Origin: Bacteroidales bacterium
Lineage (GTDB): Bacteria > Bacteroidota > Bacteroidia > Bacteroidales > VadinHA17
Direction: 5' to 3'
Assembly: GCA_031396165.1 (NCBI GenBank)
Contig: JANNKF010000170.1
Location: forward strand, 1 to 49,132
DNA length: 49,132 bases
The notes beneath the pieces are model-generated. The model was given only the letters and a program-made list of their open reading frames with translations. It made no database searches and was not told the DNA's origin. Position numbers and translations under genes: made by a program. Of this stretch, positions 14,886-23,892 are shown one piece after another; the first letter of the stretch is position 1, and each line of letters opens with the position of its first letter.

Positions 14886-17800
14886 AAGAGGAGTCTCCAC
14901 ACAGAGCCCTTTTCTCAACTTTTACGATCAACATCCTTTTTGTGATGCTGATCATAATTGGCGCTGCGGTTATCCCTTTACTATCACTTCAACTCAATCC
15001 CACCAGATATCTTCCCTCTCTTACCATCAGCTGGAACTGGCCCGAAACTCCTGTGCGTGTTGTGGAACAGGAGGTTACAACCGTTCTTGAAGGGGTGCTC
15101 TCAACGGTTACCGGTGTTAAAAAGATCTCCTCTTCCACAAACAATGCCTCAGGCAGAATAACAGTGGAGTTTGATAAAAACACCGACCTAAGGGCAAAAC
15201 GATTCGAGGTTGCATCTCTTCTGAGAGAATCGCGCAAAAGGCTTCCCGAAAGAGTGTCCTTCCCGGTTATCAGCATGAACATGCCATCGAACCAGTCGGG
15301 CTCATCAATACTTAGCTTCCAGGTAAACGGCAACGCCAGCACCTCATATATTTATACTATTGCCGAAGAGCAGATAAAACCTCTTATATCAGTAGTCGAA
15401 GGTGTTTACAGTGTTAATATTTATGGCGCCACTCCGCAGGAATGGGAGATCATGTACGATCAGGAAAAACTCTCCGCTATCGGGGTAAGTTCCTCTCTTA
15501 TAAGCAGTTCAATTAACAACTATCTGCTTGAGAGAGAGATAGGAGGTGCAACAGAAACCCTCGCCGGAGGTCTTACAAAACGTACTTACCTCACATTAAC
15601 AGGTAATCGTGAAGATAAATTCAAATGGGATGATATTCCTGTTGCCAGTGCTTCGGGTCGTATCATTCACCTCACCGATGTGGCAAAAATAAAACTGAAA
15701 GACCAGCAGCCTCAGAGCTTTTACCGGATAAACGGTCTTAATACTGTTAATATAACTGTTAGCGCCGGGAAAAACGTAAATAACATAAAAGTGGCGGATG
15801 CTGTAAAAACAGAGATTGAAAAGCTTAAAAAAGAACTGCCCCCCGGTTATACCATCAGGACTTCAAATGATAATACAACTTTTATCAAAGCCGAAATCTC
15901 AAAAAACATCTACCGTGCAATCCTCTCTGTGATTCTTCTTCTCCTGTTTGTTCTGCTGATAAGCCGCGAGTTCAAATATCTGCTAATCATAACGATAAGC
16001 CTTATCGCAAATATTTTTATTGCTTTCATCTTTTATTATCTCTTTAAGCTTGAGATCCATCTCTATTCTCTTGCTGGTATTACAGTCTCATTCGGGATTA
16101 TCATAAACAACACAATTGTGATGACCGACCATATCAGGTATCACAAAAACAGGAAGGTCGGGATTTCACTGCTTGCCGCAACATTTACAACAATTGGCGC
16201 ACTGATTGTCATCTTTTTCCTCGATGAAGCCTCCAAAGTAACTCTGTCGGATTTCGCTGCAGTGGTAATAATAAACCTTTCTGTTTCACTGGCTGTTGCA
16301 CTATTCTTTATTCCTGCACTTCTTGAAAAGATAAAACTTACGCCAAAATTCAATGCACTTATTATCAGACGGAAAAGAAGGGTTGTCCGGTTTTCAAAAT
16401 TCTATTTGAAATGTATCAGTTTCATAATCCGGTTCAGGGTTGCATTTATTATTGTTGCTGTTCTGATCTTCGGCTTGCCGGTCTTCTATCTCCCCGATTC
16501 ACTTCCGAAAGACCGCAAGTATAATCTGAAGGAGACTGAGCTGACAAAATTTCAGGTACTATATAATAAAACACTCGGTAATTCAAAATATGTTCAGAAT
16601 ATAAAACCGCTTGTAAATAAAGTTTTTGGAGGCACATTCAGACTCTTTGGTGAAAAGGTCAAAAACAACCGTTTTAATTATTATGGCAGTTCCGATGAGG
16701 TGCAAAGGACTAAACTTACGGTAAATATCGGTCTCAGCGAGGCGGGGCTCACAATTGATGATCTCAATACAACTTGTATCGGGCTCGAGAATATGATTGC
16801 GGCTTACACAGAAATTGAAATGTTTACCACCGGTATTTACGGCGCCGAAGATGCAACAATCAGCATTACCTTTAAACCTGAATTCGATTTTTCCATATTC
16901 CCTTTTATTCTGAAAGTCAGAATAGAAGATTACATGAACGGGATAGGCAGCTATCATGCATCCGTTTATGGGGTGGGAAAGGCATTCAGCAACCAGGTTT
17001 ACAACGATAACATCAGAACAACCTATTCTGTTATAATGAAGGGGTATAATTACGATGAGCTTTATGGTTATTCGGAAGCTCTCAGGGATAGATTGATTAT
17101 AAGTGGAAAAGGAAGAATAAAGGAAGTTTTTCTACTTGGTGGAACTACCGGAGGCTATTATATGGGAGGCGGAAACAAGAAATCATACAGGAACCGTCTT
17201 GAAATGGATAAGTATTACCTCACCGAAAGTAGCTCCGATGTTGCTCTTGCGTATAACGAAGCCAGAAGGTTTTCAAGAGGATCATCGCCCTTTCAGAGAG
17301 CCTATATTAATGGGGAACTTACTCCTGTATCAGTAAGATCACTTCAGTCGGATCAGTACGATTACTGGAGCTTTGTAAATGCTCCTCTCAAAACACATTC
17401 CGGATTATCGGTTAAGATGAAGGACTTCTCAACAATTACACGTGAAGTCACCGATAACACTATAAGCCGTGAGGATCAGCAATATGTGATTACTGTAGGA
17501 TATGATTTTATAGGCAACTATGAACTCGGAAAGATTATACTCGATCGCAACATAGATGAAACTTCCGGCATGCTTCCACTCGGTTACACTTCACAAAGTG
17601 GTTCATATAATTATTCATGGAACCAGAAATCTGCCAATTACTGGCTTATCTTCCTTGTTATCCTGATTATTTATTTCATCTGCTCAATTCTTCTGGAATC
17701 TTTCAAGCAACCATTTACAGTTATTAGCCTGATACCTTTTTCATTCATTGGAGTTTTTCTCACTTTTCATCTCTTTAAAATAACCCCTGACGAAGGCGTA

Positions 17801-18157
17801 TTCGCAGCGCTTATTTTGCTGTGCGGAATAGTTGTAAATGCAACACTCTACATACTCAATGACTTTAACAGCATCCGTAAACGAAAACCATTACTACCTG
17901 AAAGAGTGGCGTATCTCAAGGCTTTTAATGGCAAGATAATTCCGATCTTTCTCACAAAGCTCTCAACGATCATCGGACTTATTCCATTTCTTCTGACCGG
18001 GAAAGATGAAAGATTCTGGTTCGCGCTGGCGGCAGGTACTATCGGGGGACTGGTGTTCAGTATAATTGGATTATTTGTATATCAGCCGATAATGTTAAGA
18101 AGAGGCTCCAATACCACTGTGATAGTTTGCCCCCCAACCCCCCTAAAGGGGGGCTAA
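14882..18157 (+). CDS. Efflux RND transporter permease paralogue 1 (divergent; repeat-encoded C-terminal tail)
   Basis: 1091-aa ORF with 12-TM AcrB-like layout: TM1 FTINILFVMLIIIGAAVIPLL, two large loops, and the TM4 region SLAGITVSFGIIINNTIVMTDHI. The last ~12 aa (VCPPTPLKGG) are encoded by the C6-TAAA-G6 hairpin repeat at 18125-18157. Confidence 0.9.
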   Translation: MKEESPHRALFSTFTINILFVMLIIIGAAVIPLLSLQLNPTRYLPSLTISWNWPETPVRVVEQEVTTVLEGVLSTVTGVKKISSSTNNASGRITVEFDKNTDLRAKRFEVASLLRESRKRLPERVSFPVISMNMPSNQSGSSILSFQVNGNASTSYIYTIAEEQIKPLISVVEGVYSVNIYGATPQEWEIMYDQEKLSAIGVSSSLISSSINNYLLEREIGGATETLAGGLTKRTYLTLTGNREDKFKWDDIPVASASGRIIHLTDVAKIKLKDQQPQSFYRINGLNTVNITVSAGKNVNNIKVADAVKTEIEKLKKELPPGYTIRTSNDNTTFIKAEISKNIYRAILSVILLLLFVLLISREFKYLLIITISLIANIFIAFIFYYLFKLEIHLYSLAGITVSFGIIINNTIVMTDHIRYHKNRKVGISLLAATFTTIGALIVIFFLDEASKVTLSDFAAVVIINLSVSLAVALFFIPALLEKIKLTPKFNALIIRRKRRVVRFSKFYLKCISFIIRFRVAFIIVAVLIFGLPVFYLPDSLPKDRKYNLKETELTKFQVLYNKTLGNSKYVQNIKPLVNKVFGGTFRLFGEKVKNNRFNYYGSSDEVQRTKLTVNIGLSEAGLTIDDLNTTCIGLENMIAAYTEIEMFTTGIYGAEDATISITFKPEFDFSIFPFILKVRIEDYMNGIGSYHASVYGVGKAFSNQVYNDNIRTTYSVIMKGYNYDELYGYSEALRDRLIISGKGRIKEVFLLGGTTGGYYMGGGNKKSYRNRLEMDKYYLTESSSDVALAYNEARRFSRGSSPFQRAYINGELTPVSVRSLQSDQYDYWSFVNAPLKTHSGLSVKMKDFSTITREVTDNTISREDQQYVITVGYDFIGNYELGKIILDRNIDETSGMLPLGYTSQSGSYNYSWNQKSANYWLIFLVILIIYFICSILLESFKQPFTVISLIPFSFIGVFLTFHLFKITPDEGVFAALILLCGIVVNATLYILNDFNSIRKRKPLLPERVAYLKAFNGKIIPIFLTKLSTIIGLIPFLLTGKDERFWFALAAGTIGGLVFSIIGLFVYQPIMLRRGSNTTVIVCPPTPLKGG

Positions 18158-18296
18158 AGCACAGATATGAAGAGAATTATAGGATGTGTTAAGGGAAAAA
18201 GAAGAAGTTAAAAACAGAGATGAATTATACCCCCTTTAGGGGGAAGGTGGCAAAAGCAAGGAGTGAACGAAGAATTTAGGGGGAAGGGGGCAAAAA
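18125..18296. repeat. Repeat family F5: one inverted and two direct copies of TTTAGGGGGAAGGKGGCAAAA with CnTAAAGn/CnTTTAGn hairpins
   Basis: 18125-18147 GTTTGCCCCCCAACCCCCCTAAA is the inverted copy. 18235-18256 TTTAGGGGGAAGGTGGCAAAAG and 18275-18296 TTTAGGGGGAAGGGGGCAAAAA are direct copies. Hairpins are C6-TAAA-G6 (18138-18153) and C5-TTTA-G5 (18230-18243). The element overlaps the 3' end of RND permease 1 and fills the gap to permease 2. Confidence 0.85.
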
Positions 18297-18398
18297 CCGG
18301 GAAGGGAGCAAAAACTAGGAATGAAGCAAACGCATGCAGGAAAAGGGAAGTTCGCTTAGTTTGATATGATAAAAGAAGATAATTGATATTAACTATTT

Positions 18399-21300
18399 AT
18401 GGTAAAATTCCTCATAACCCGCCCCGTCGCCGTCATCATGACCTTTCTCGCCCTGATAATGCTCGGAATTGTCGCCTCCGGCAGACTGCCGGTATCGCTG
18501 ATGCCCGATATCGACATCCCTGAAATAACTATTGCCGTTTCCCGTCCCGATGTGAGTGCCAGGGAGCTTGAGAACAGCGTTGTAAGCATACTGCGAAGAA
18601 ACCTACTTCAGGTACCTGGTCTGGATAACATCGAATCCGAATCCCGCAATGGAAGTGCGCTTATCAGATTATCATTCAAATATGGTAACGACATCAACCT
18701 GGCTTTCATGGAGGTCAACGAGAAAGTAGATGGCGCCATGAATAACCTTCCACGCGATCTTGAACGTCCGAGGATAATTAAAGCAAGCGCCACCGATATC
18801 CCGGTCTTTATGCTGAATATTTCTCTTCTGGATAAACAGGCCGGTGATGAGAAATTTATTGAATTAAGTGAGTTTTCTGAAACGGTTATTAAGAAAAGGA
18901 TTGAACAGCTCCCGGAAGTCGGAATGGCAGATATAACCGGACAAATCAAAAGAGAGATCTATATCACCCCCGACAAGAAAAAAATGATGAGTCTGGGGAT
19001 AACAGATGATGACTTAACCCGGGCTGTAAATCTGAACAACATAAACATCGGAAGCATCCTTGTAAAAGACGGAAAATACCTCTATAACCTTGAATTCAGC
19101 TCATACCTTAAAGAGCTGAATGATGTAAAGGAGATTTATATCAAAACCGGCAACCGCCTTTTGCAGTTAAAAGACCTTGCAGAGATTGGAATCAGACAGG
19201 AACGCCCCAGAGGTTTATACTATTCAAACGGTAACAGGGCAATATCTCTGGCTATTATCAAGGAATCTACGGCAAAGATGGCCTCTCTCGAGTTGAAGAT
19301 GGAAGAGATCATCGATATATTCCGTAAGGATTACCCCCGGATGCATTTTGAGATCTCACAGGACCAGACAAGGCTACTCGATTATTCAATCTCCAACCTC
19401 AAACAAAATCTTCTTGCCGGAGGGATCCTTGCTTTCTTCCTGATGTTCTTCTTCCTTAAAGATGCAAAATCACCTCTTATAATCGGATTAAGCATCCCCG
19501 CAACACTTGTTATAAGCCTGTTGTTTTTCTATGTCGTTGGACTATCAATAAATATTATATCACTCGCCGGACTCATCCTCGGAATAGGGATGATGATCGA
19601 TAATTCAATTGTGGTAATTGAGAATATTACGCAATGGATCGACAGAGGTTTGTCTCTTGTAGATGCCTGTATTAAAGGCACCAACGAGATAATTACACCA
19701 CTCATCTCTTCAGTTCTCACGACCTGTGCGGTTTTTATCCCCCTTATCTTTCTGAGTGGAATCTCCGGAGCTCTCTTTTATGATCAGGCAATAGCAATTG
19801 TGATTGGTCAGGGTGTTTCGCTGCTGGTTGGTATAACTCTTCTGCCTACAATTTACTATCTCCTTTACAGAAACGGAAAAGAAGGTGCATTTACAAGACT
19901 TATTAAAAAAATCAGTCTTAAAAGGCTGGAAGAGAGTTATGAAGGTGGTATGAACTTCTTCTTCAGGTTCAGAAAAACCATGCTCACTTCATTTCTTGCC
20001 ATAATACTCATAATGTTGTGGTTATTCATCACAATGGAGAAAGGAAAATTCCCTGCTGTTCGTCAGGATGAACTCGTGGTGTCGGTCGACTGGAATGAGA
20101 ATATTGATGTAAATGAGAATCTTAAAAGGATCATCGGCATGCTCAATTACAGTAATGACCTTGCTCTTCAGACAAATGCATTTATCGGGGAACAACAGTT
20201 CCTTTTTAACCGCGATTATGATCAGTCGTACACACAGGCAATGGTTTATATAAAAGCAAAAGGTTATGATCTGAAGGATGTAATAGAAAAAAACTCTTAT
20301 GAATTTATAAATAAGAATTACCCCGGAGCATTAATTAATATTACGGCACAGCAGAATATTTTTGAGAAGATCTTTTCTGCAACTGAATCCCCGCTTGTAG
20401 CAGAGGTAAGCCTTATGAAAGAAAAAGAAGTGCCTCCCGTTGATAAAATGATGAGTATTGTATCCACACTTCAGAAAAACTACCCCGATGCGGGAATTTC
20501 ATCCCCTCCTCTGGAAGATAAGATACTCCTCAGGCTCGATCCCGATCGATTGCTTCTGTACGATGTGGAACCGATAAGTGTTTATAATACACTTAAAACT
20601 TCATTGAACCAGAATAATATCGGGGAGTTGAGGGCATCCTATGAGCTGCTTCCCATTGTCTTGTCTGATAAAGAAAAGCAGATAAACGAAATTGTTTCCT
20701 CAGGCTTCATTAGAAATAAAACCGGAACAGAAATTCCTGTTAATGAACTGGTTAAGGTTCAACGTATCCATGATTACAAAACGATTAAAGGAGGCATGCA
20801 CAGTGAATATGTTCCGGTAAATATGAATGTCAGCACCAATAAACCTGAAGTCTTAACTACAAATATAAGAGACCTGCTTACTACCGATCCGAACATTGAT
20901 GTTAAGTTCAGCGGTTCGCTGATTACCGGACAGAAGCTTTTCAGGGAACTGGCCATTATCCTTGTGGTAGCCCTGCTCCTGCTATATTTTATCCTGGCAG
21001 CGCAGTTTGAATCGCTCACTCAGCCACTTATAGTACTTCTTGAAATACCTATAGATATTGCAGGCGCACTGCTTCTTGTAAAACTCTGGGGAGGAACAAT
21101 TAACCTGATGACAATGATCGGATTAATAGTAATGTCGGGGGTTATTATAAACGATTCAATATTAAAAGTTGATACAATAAACAATCTGAGGCGGGAGGGT
21201 ATGGCGCTTAAAGAAGCCATTTATACAGCCGGTTCGCGACGTCTGAAACCGATACTTATGGTTGCGATGGCATCGCTGGTATCCACAATACCGTTGCTTT

Positions 21301-21440
21301 TCAGCTCCGGTATGGGGTCTGAACTTCAGAGACCAATGGCCCTGGCATTGATTGGGGGAATGTCGCTCGGAACGCTAGTGAGCCTGTTCTTTATTCCTCT
21401 GGCCTATTGGTTTATCTATAGAAAAAGTGAACGAAATTAA
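18399..21440 (+). CDS. Efflux RND transporter permease paralogue 2
   Basis: 1013-aa ORF with ATG start and canonical N-terminus MVKFLITRPVAVIMTFLALIMLG. TM4 motif GIGMMIDNSIVVIENI retains one Asp. C-terminal half includes LLLYFILAAQFESLTQPLIVLLEIP. Confidence 0.9.
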   Translation: MVKFLITRPVAVIMTFLALIMLGIVASGRLPVSLMPDIDIPEITIAVSRPDVSARELENSVVSILRRNLLQVPGLDNIESESRNGSALIRLSFKYGNDINLAFMEVNEKVDGAMNNLPRDLERPRIIKASATDIPVFMLNISLLDKQAGDEKFIELSEFSETVIKKRIEQLPEVGMADITGQIKREIYITPDKKKMMSLGITDDDLTRAVNLNNINIGSILVKDGKYLYNLEFSSYLKELNDVKEIYIKTGNRLLQLKDLAEIGIRQERPRGLYYSNGNRAISLAIIKESTAKMASLELKMEEIIDIFRKDYPRMHFEISQDQTRLLDYSISNLKQNLLAGGILAFFLMFFFLKDAKSPLIIGLSIPATLVISLLFFYVVGLSINIISLAGLILGIGMMIDNSIVVIENITQWIDRGLSLVDACIKGTNEIITPLISSVLTTCAVFIPLIFLSGISGALFYDQAIAIVIGQGVSLLVGITLLPTIYYLLYRNGKEGAFTRLIKKISLKRLEESYEGGMNFFFRFRKTMLTSFLAIILIMLWLFITMEKGKFPAVRQDELVVSVDWNENIDVNENLKRIIGMLNYSNDLALQTNAFIGEQQFLFNRDYDQSYTQAMVYIKAKGYDLKDVIEKNSYEFINKNYPGALINITAQQNIFEKIFSATESPLVAEVSLMKEKEVPPVDKMMSIVSTLQKNYPDAGISSPPLEDKILLRLDPDRLLLYDVEPISVYNTLKTSLNQNNIGELRASYELLPIVLSDKEKQINEIVSSGFIRNKTGTEIPVNELVKVQRIHDYKTIKGGMHSEYVPVNMNVSTNKPEVLTTNIRDLLTTDPNIDVKFSGSLITGQKLFRELAIILVVALLLLYFILAAQFESLTQPLIVLLEIPIDIAGALLLVKLWGGTINLMTMIGLIVMSGVIINDSILKVDTINNLRREGMALKEAIYTAGSRRLKPILMVAMASLVSTIPLLFSSGMGSELQRPMALALIGGMSLGTLVSLFFIPLAYWFIYRKSERN

Positions 21441-21456
21441 TTTTTGATAAAGGAAA

Positions 21457-21718
21457 TAATATTCCGGTGCGCTGCACCTTATGTTATCAAACCCAATTTC
21501 ATTTCTACAAATATTTCGCAGCTCTGCTGCTCTTTATAACGATAAGATCACAGCCCATAATGTTTTCAATTATCGCAATCCTGCAAATATTCGCAGCCCT
21601 AAGGCCCTATATAAAGATAAGATTGCATCACAAAAAGTTTTCAGGTGCAGAGCACCGATAATATTTATAGCATCGGATCACCAGCGGGATTTCAAGGTGC
21701 AGAGCACCGAAATTATGG
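21457..21718. repeat. Cluster of five family F1 hairpin units (3 forward, 2 reverse)
   Basis: Forward units: 21457-21480 (GGTGC-GCT-GCACC), 21503-21532 (TTTCTACAAATATTTCGCAGC-TCT-GCTGC) and 21580-21609 (CCTGCAAATATTCGCAGCCCTAAGGCCCTA, degenerate). Reverse units: 21643-21670 (AGGTGCAGAGCACCGATAATATTTATAG) and 21694-21718 (AAGGTGCAGAGCACCGAAATTATGG). Confidence 0.8.
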
Positions 21719-21841
21719 TATGCAAGGTTAATATTTGCAGATCTCTGTGTATCTCTGTATTACCTCCGGATGCCGGAAACACCGTTAAAGCAATGAGATA
21801 CGAATAAACACGCTTCTGACATACTGAACATCTTAAATGAT

Positions 21842-21868
21842 AAAGAGACATCGGTGGATGTCTCTTTT
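21842..21868. terminator. Bidirectional terminator-like hairpin between convergent transcription units
   Basis: AAAGAGACATC (21842-21852), loop GGTG, GATGTCTCTTT (21857-21867). This is a perfect 11-bp stem with A/T-rich flanks on both sides. Confidence 0.55.
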
Positions 21869-21926
21869 CAGTTAAATTAAACCTAAAACCAGTATAGCCG
21901 GGCGGCCTTTGATTGATCGTTTCGAT

Positions 21927-22406
21927 CTACATAGCAGCAAGTGATTCTCCTTTTATCAGGAGAGGAAAATATGCTGCAATAAGCTGAGTACTTTCAATTT
22001 CGCTGCTCTTTCCGGGAACAATAAGCTTCTGACGGAAATACTGTCCTCTGTCAAGAGCTTCATCAGAATTCGAAAATCCTGCAATATCCAATGACTTGTC
22101 AAGTTTCTGGATTCCGAAATATTCTTCGGTGCAAACATATTGAACTGATAATTTTTCAGAAAGAACAAAATAGTTTTTGCAATTCTTGTCTTTCTTTACA
22201 GCTACAGTGACTTTAAGTGGTGAATTCTGATAACTTATAACAAAAGTCTTTAGTTCTTCACCATTTACGGTAAGGGGCTGATCGGCAACTTCAATTTTGT
22301 AGTCACCCACTGTGGTGTGGGTTTTTCCGGAGGCAACAATTTCTTTTGAAAATGATGCAGTACTTAATGCTAACATTAGTAAACCTGCGATTAACACTTT
22401 TTTCAT
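21927..22406 (-). CDS. Hypothetical secreted protein
   Basis: 159-aa ORF with ATG start and signal peptide MKKVLIAGLLMLALSTASFS. No family recognised. Confidence 0.65.
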   Translation of the reverse strand: MKKVLIAGLLMLALSTASFSKEIVASGKTHTTVGDYKIEVADQPLTVNGEELKTFVISYQNSPLKVTVAVKKDKNCKNYFVLSEKLSVQYVCTEEYFGIQKLDKSLDIAGFSNSDEALDRGQYFRQKLIVPGKSSEIESTQLIAAYFPLLIKGESLAAM

Positions 22407-22682
22407 GGCTTTGAAAATTTACATTTCGATAATCTCAAATCATACTTTTTTACAGTTTCTTCTATTTATGCTTTCTTCATTTACATGAAGCATTGGGTTC
22501 AAATTACATGTCAAAATTACACTATAGTATAATGCAGGAAAAGGATAACTCAACGGATAGCAGTTATGATCAAACGGATGGTAAAAAATGGGTAATATCC
22601 TGTAATTAGGAGATACTTAAAATCGTGTCAGGCGACTAATGAAGTGTTTCGTGCGTCGTGTGCCGTGAGTCAGCTCACCCAA

Positions 22683-23111
22683 TTATAAATAATCTTTTAC
22701 CTTTTTCCAGTACTCAATTGTCTTTTCTCCCGAACCATTCCAGCTCTTTGCAATCTTTTCAAAGTTGTATGGTCCCAGCTCAATGGCATAGTATAAAAAA
22801 ACCTTTTCAGCGGTTTCATACTGATACATGTCAGCCAGAATAAAACTACTCCCGGTTCTTTCATTGTAGTCATTGATTCTGATGGGGCGAATCTGAAAAA
22901 AGCCTACAGCCTCCTCTTCCGGGTTATATGCCAGAGTATCAAATTTCGTCTCTACCATACCTATTGCCTTGATCAGCTTTCTGAATGGCTCATCTGCCGG
23001 AGAGGTAAATATGACTAGAGAATTGCTGCAGGGAGCAAAAACCTTTAACGCTGCTGTTAATAATATAACAACAGTAATCGTCTTTTTATAGAATAAGTGC
23101 ATAGAAATCAT
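22683..23111 (-). CDS. Small lytic transglycosylase (SLT-domain)-like protein
   Basis: 142-aa ORF with an N-terminal hydrophobic segment. GMVETKFDTLAYNPEEEAVGFFQIRP resembles the SLT catalytic-Glu block followed by the G-[LF]-x-Q-I block. Recognised by eye. Confidence 0.5.
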   Translation of the reverse strand: MISMHLFYKKTITVVILLTAALKVFAPCSNSLVIFTSPADEPFRKLIKAIGMVETKFDTLAYNPEEEAVGFFQIRPIRINDYNERTGSSFILADMYQYETAEKVFLYYAIELGPYNFEKIAKSWNGSGEKTIEYWKKVKDYL

Positions 23112-23271
23112 AGGTTAGTAAATGTGGATAAGATGCATGATTTATAAGCCTCGTGATTGGAGGCTGATATCAGCTTCAGAATATGGAAGCGAGGTCCAGA
23201 TATAGGTAATATCAAATCAATCATTACCATAGTAACGATTGAATGTAAAAATTGTTTAAAATGATTCTAAA

Positions 23272-23727
23272 TTAGTCTTTGAATAATTTAACATTCAGGG
23301 CGGTAGCACCTTTGGGGCCTTTTCCTATTTCGAATGTAACTACATTATTCTCTTTGATTTTTTCCTGGAGGTTGTTTGCATGAACAAAAACACTCTGTTT
23401 GTTCTCCATATCCCTTATAAATCCAAATCCTTTTGAGTCATTAAAGAAAGTAACAATACCTTTTCTTATATAATCGGGTTTATCGGAAGGATCGCCTTTA
23501 GTGTTTCCAAGTTCTATACTGCTTGGGTCGATAATTATTTTTTTAGTGGGATCCGGAGGAGTGGATGTGATCATGCCATTTTCATCAACATAGGCTATCA
23601 TGTCGTCGAAGCTGCTTTTCTTGCCAGTCTCTTTTCTGATAAGTCGCTTCTTTTCTTTTTCTTTTCTCTTTTTATCTTTTTTATTCTTAACCTCTTTTTT
23701 GTTGAATGTCTCCTGCGATCTTCCCAT
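23272..23727 (-). CDS. Cold-shock domain protein with Lys/Glu-rich N-terminal extension
   Basis: 151-aa ORF. The C-terminal CSD carries the RNP-1-like motif GIVTFFNDSKGFGFIRD and VFVHANNL. The N-terminus is KKEVKNKKDKKRKEKEKKR. Confidence 0.9.
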   Translation of the reverse strand: MGRSQETFNKKEVKNKKDKKRKEKEKKRLIRKETGKKSSFDDMIAYVDENGMITSTPPDPTKKIIIDPSSIELGNTKGDPSDKPDYIRKGIVTFFNDSKGFGFIRDMENKQSVFVHANNLQEKIKENNVVTFEIGKGPKGATALNVKLFKD

Positions 23728-23777
23728 AAATTGAAATTGGTTTCGTTAATTTATTATCCGGTTTGGATTTTGTCGGA

Positions 23778-23785
23778 CAAAGGTA
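23778..23785 (-). promoter_or_regulatory. Candidate Bacteroidota -7 promoter box (TAnnTTTG) for the cold-shock gene
   Basis: The plus strand reads CAAAGGTA, which is TACCTTTG on the minus strand. It lies 51 nt upstream of the ATG at 23727. Confidence 0.35.
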
Positions 23786-23892
23786 CAGATAAAATTCCGG
23801 TAATACTATTTTGTTATTTTATACCTGTATCTTATTTTGCATGAGTTAAATTGATAAAATATCATAAATTGCCTTACTAATAATTTTGTTTT

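Noticed and set aside
21457-21718. Possible CRISPR array (short GC hairpin repeats separated by ~20-50 nt)
   Set aside because: The units flip orientation and differ in sequence and length. Spacing is irregular, there are no cas genes, and the same units occur singly elsewhere in the window.
21467-21807. Two overlapping ORFs (64 and 108 aa) after RND permease 2
   Set aside because: They lie entirely inside the F1 repeat cluster. Peptides of the FYKYFAALLL type are the translation of the CTACAAATATTTCG box.
23881-23888. TAATTTTG match to the -7 promoter consensus upstream of the GH43 gene
   Set aside because: It ends only 4 nt before the ATG, which would put the transcription start inside the coding region unless the mRNA is leaderless. 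That is too speculative to list.
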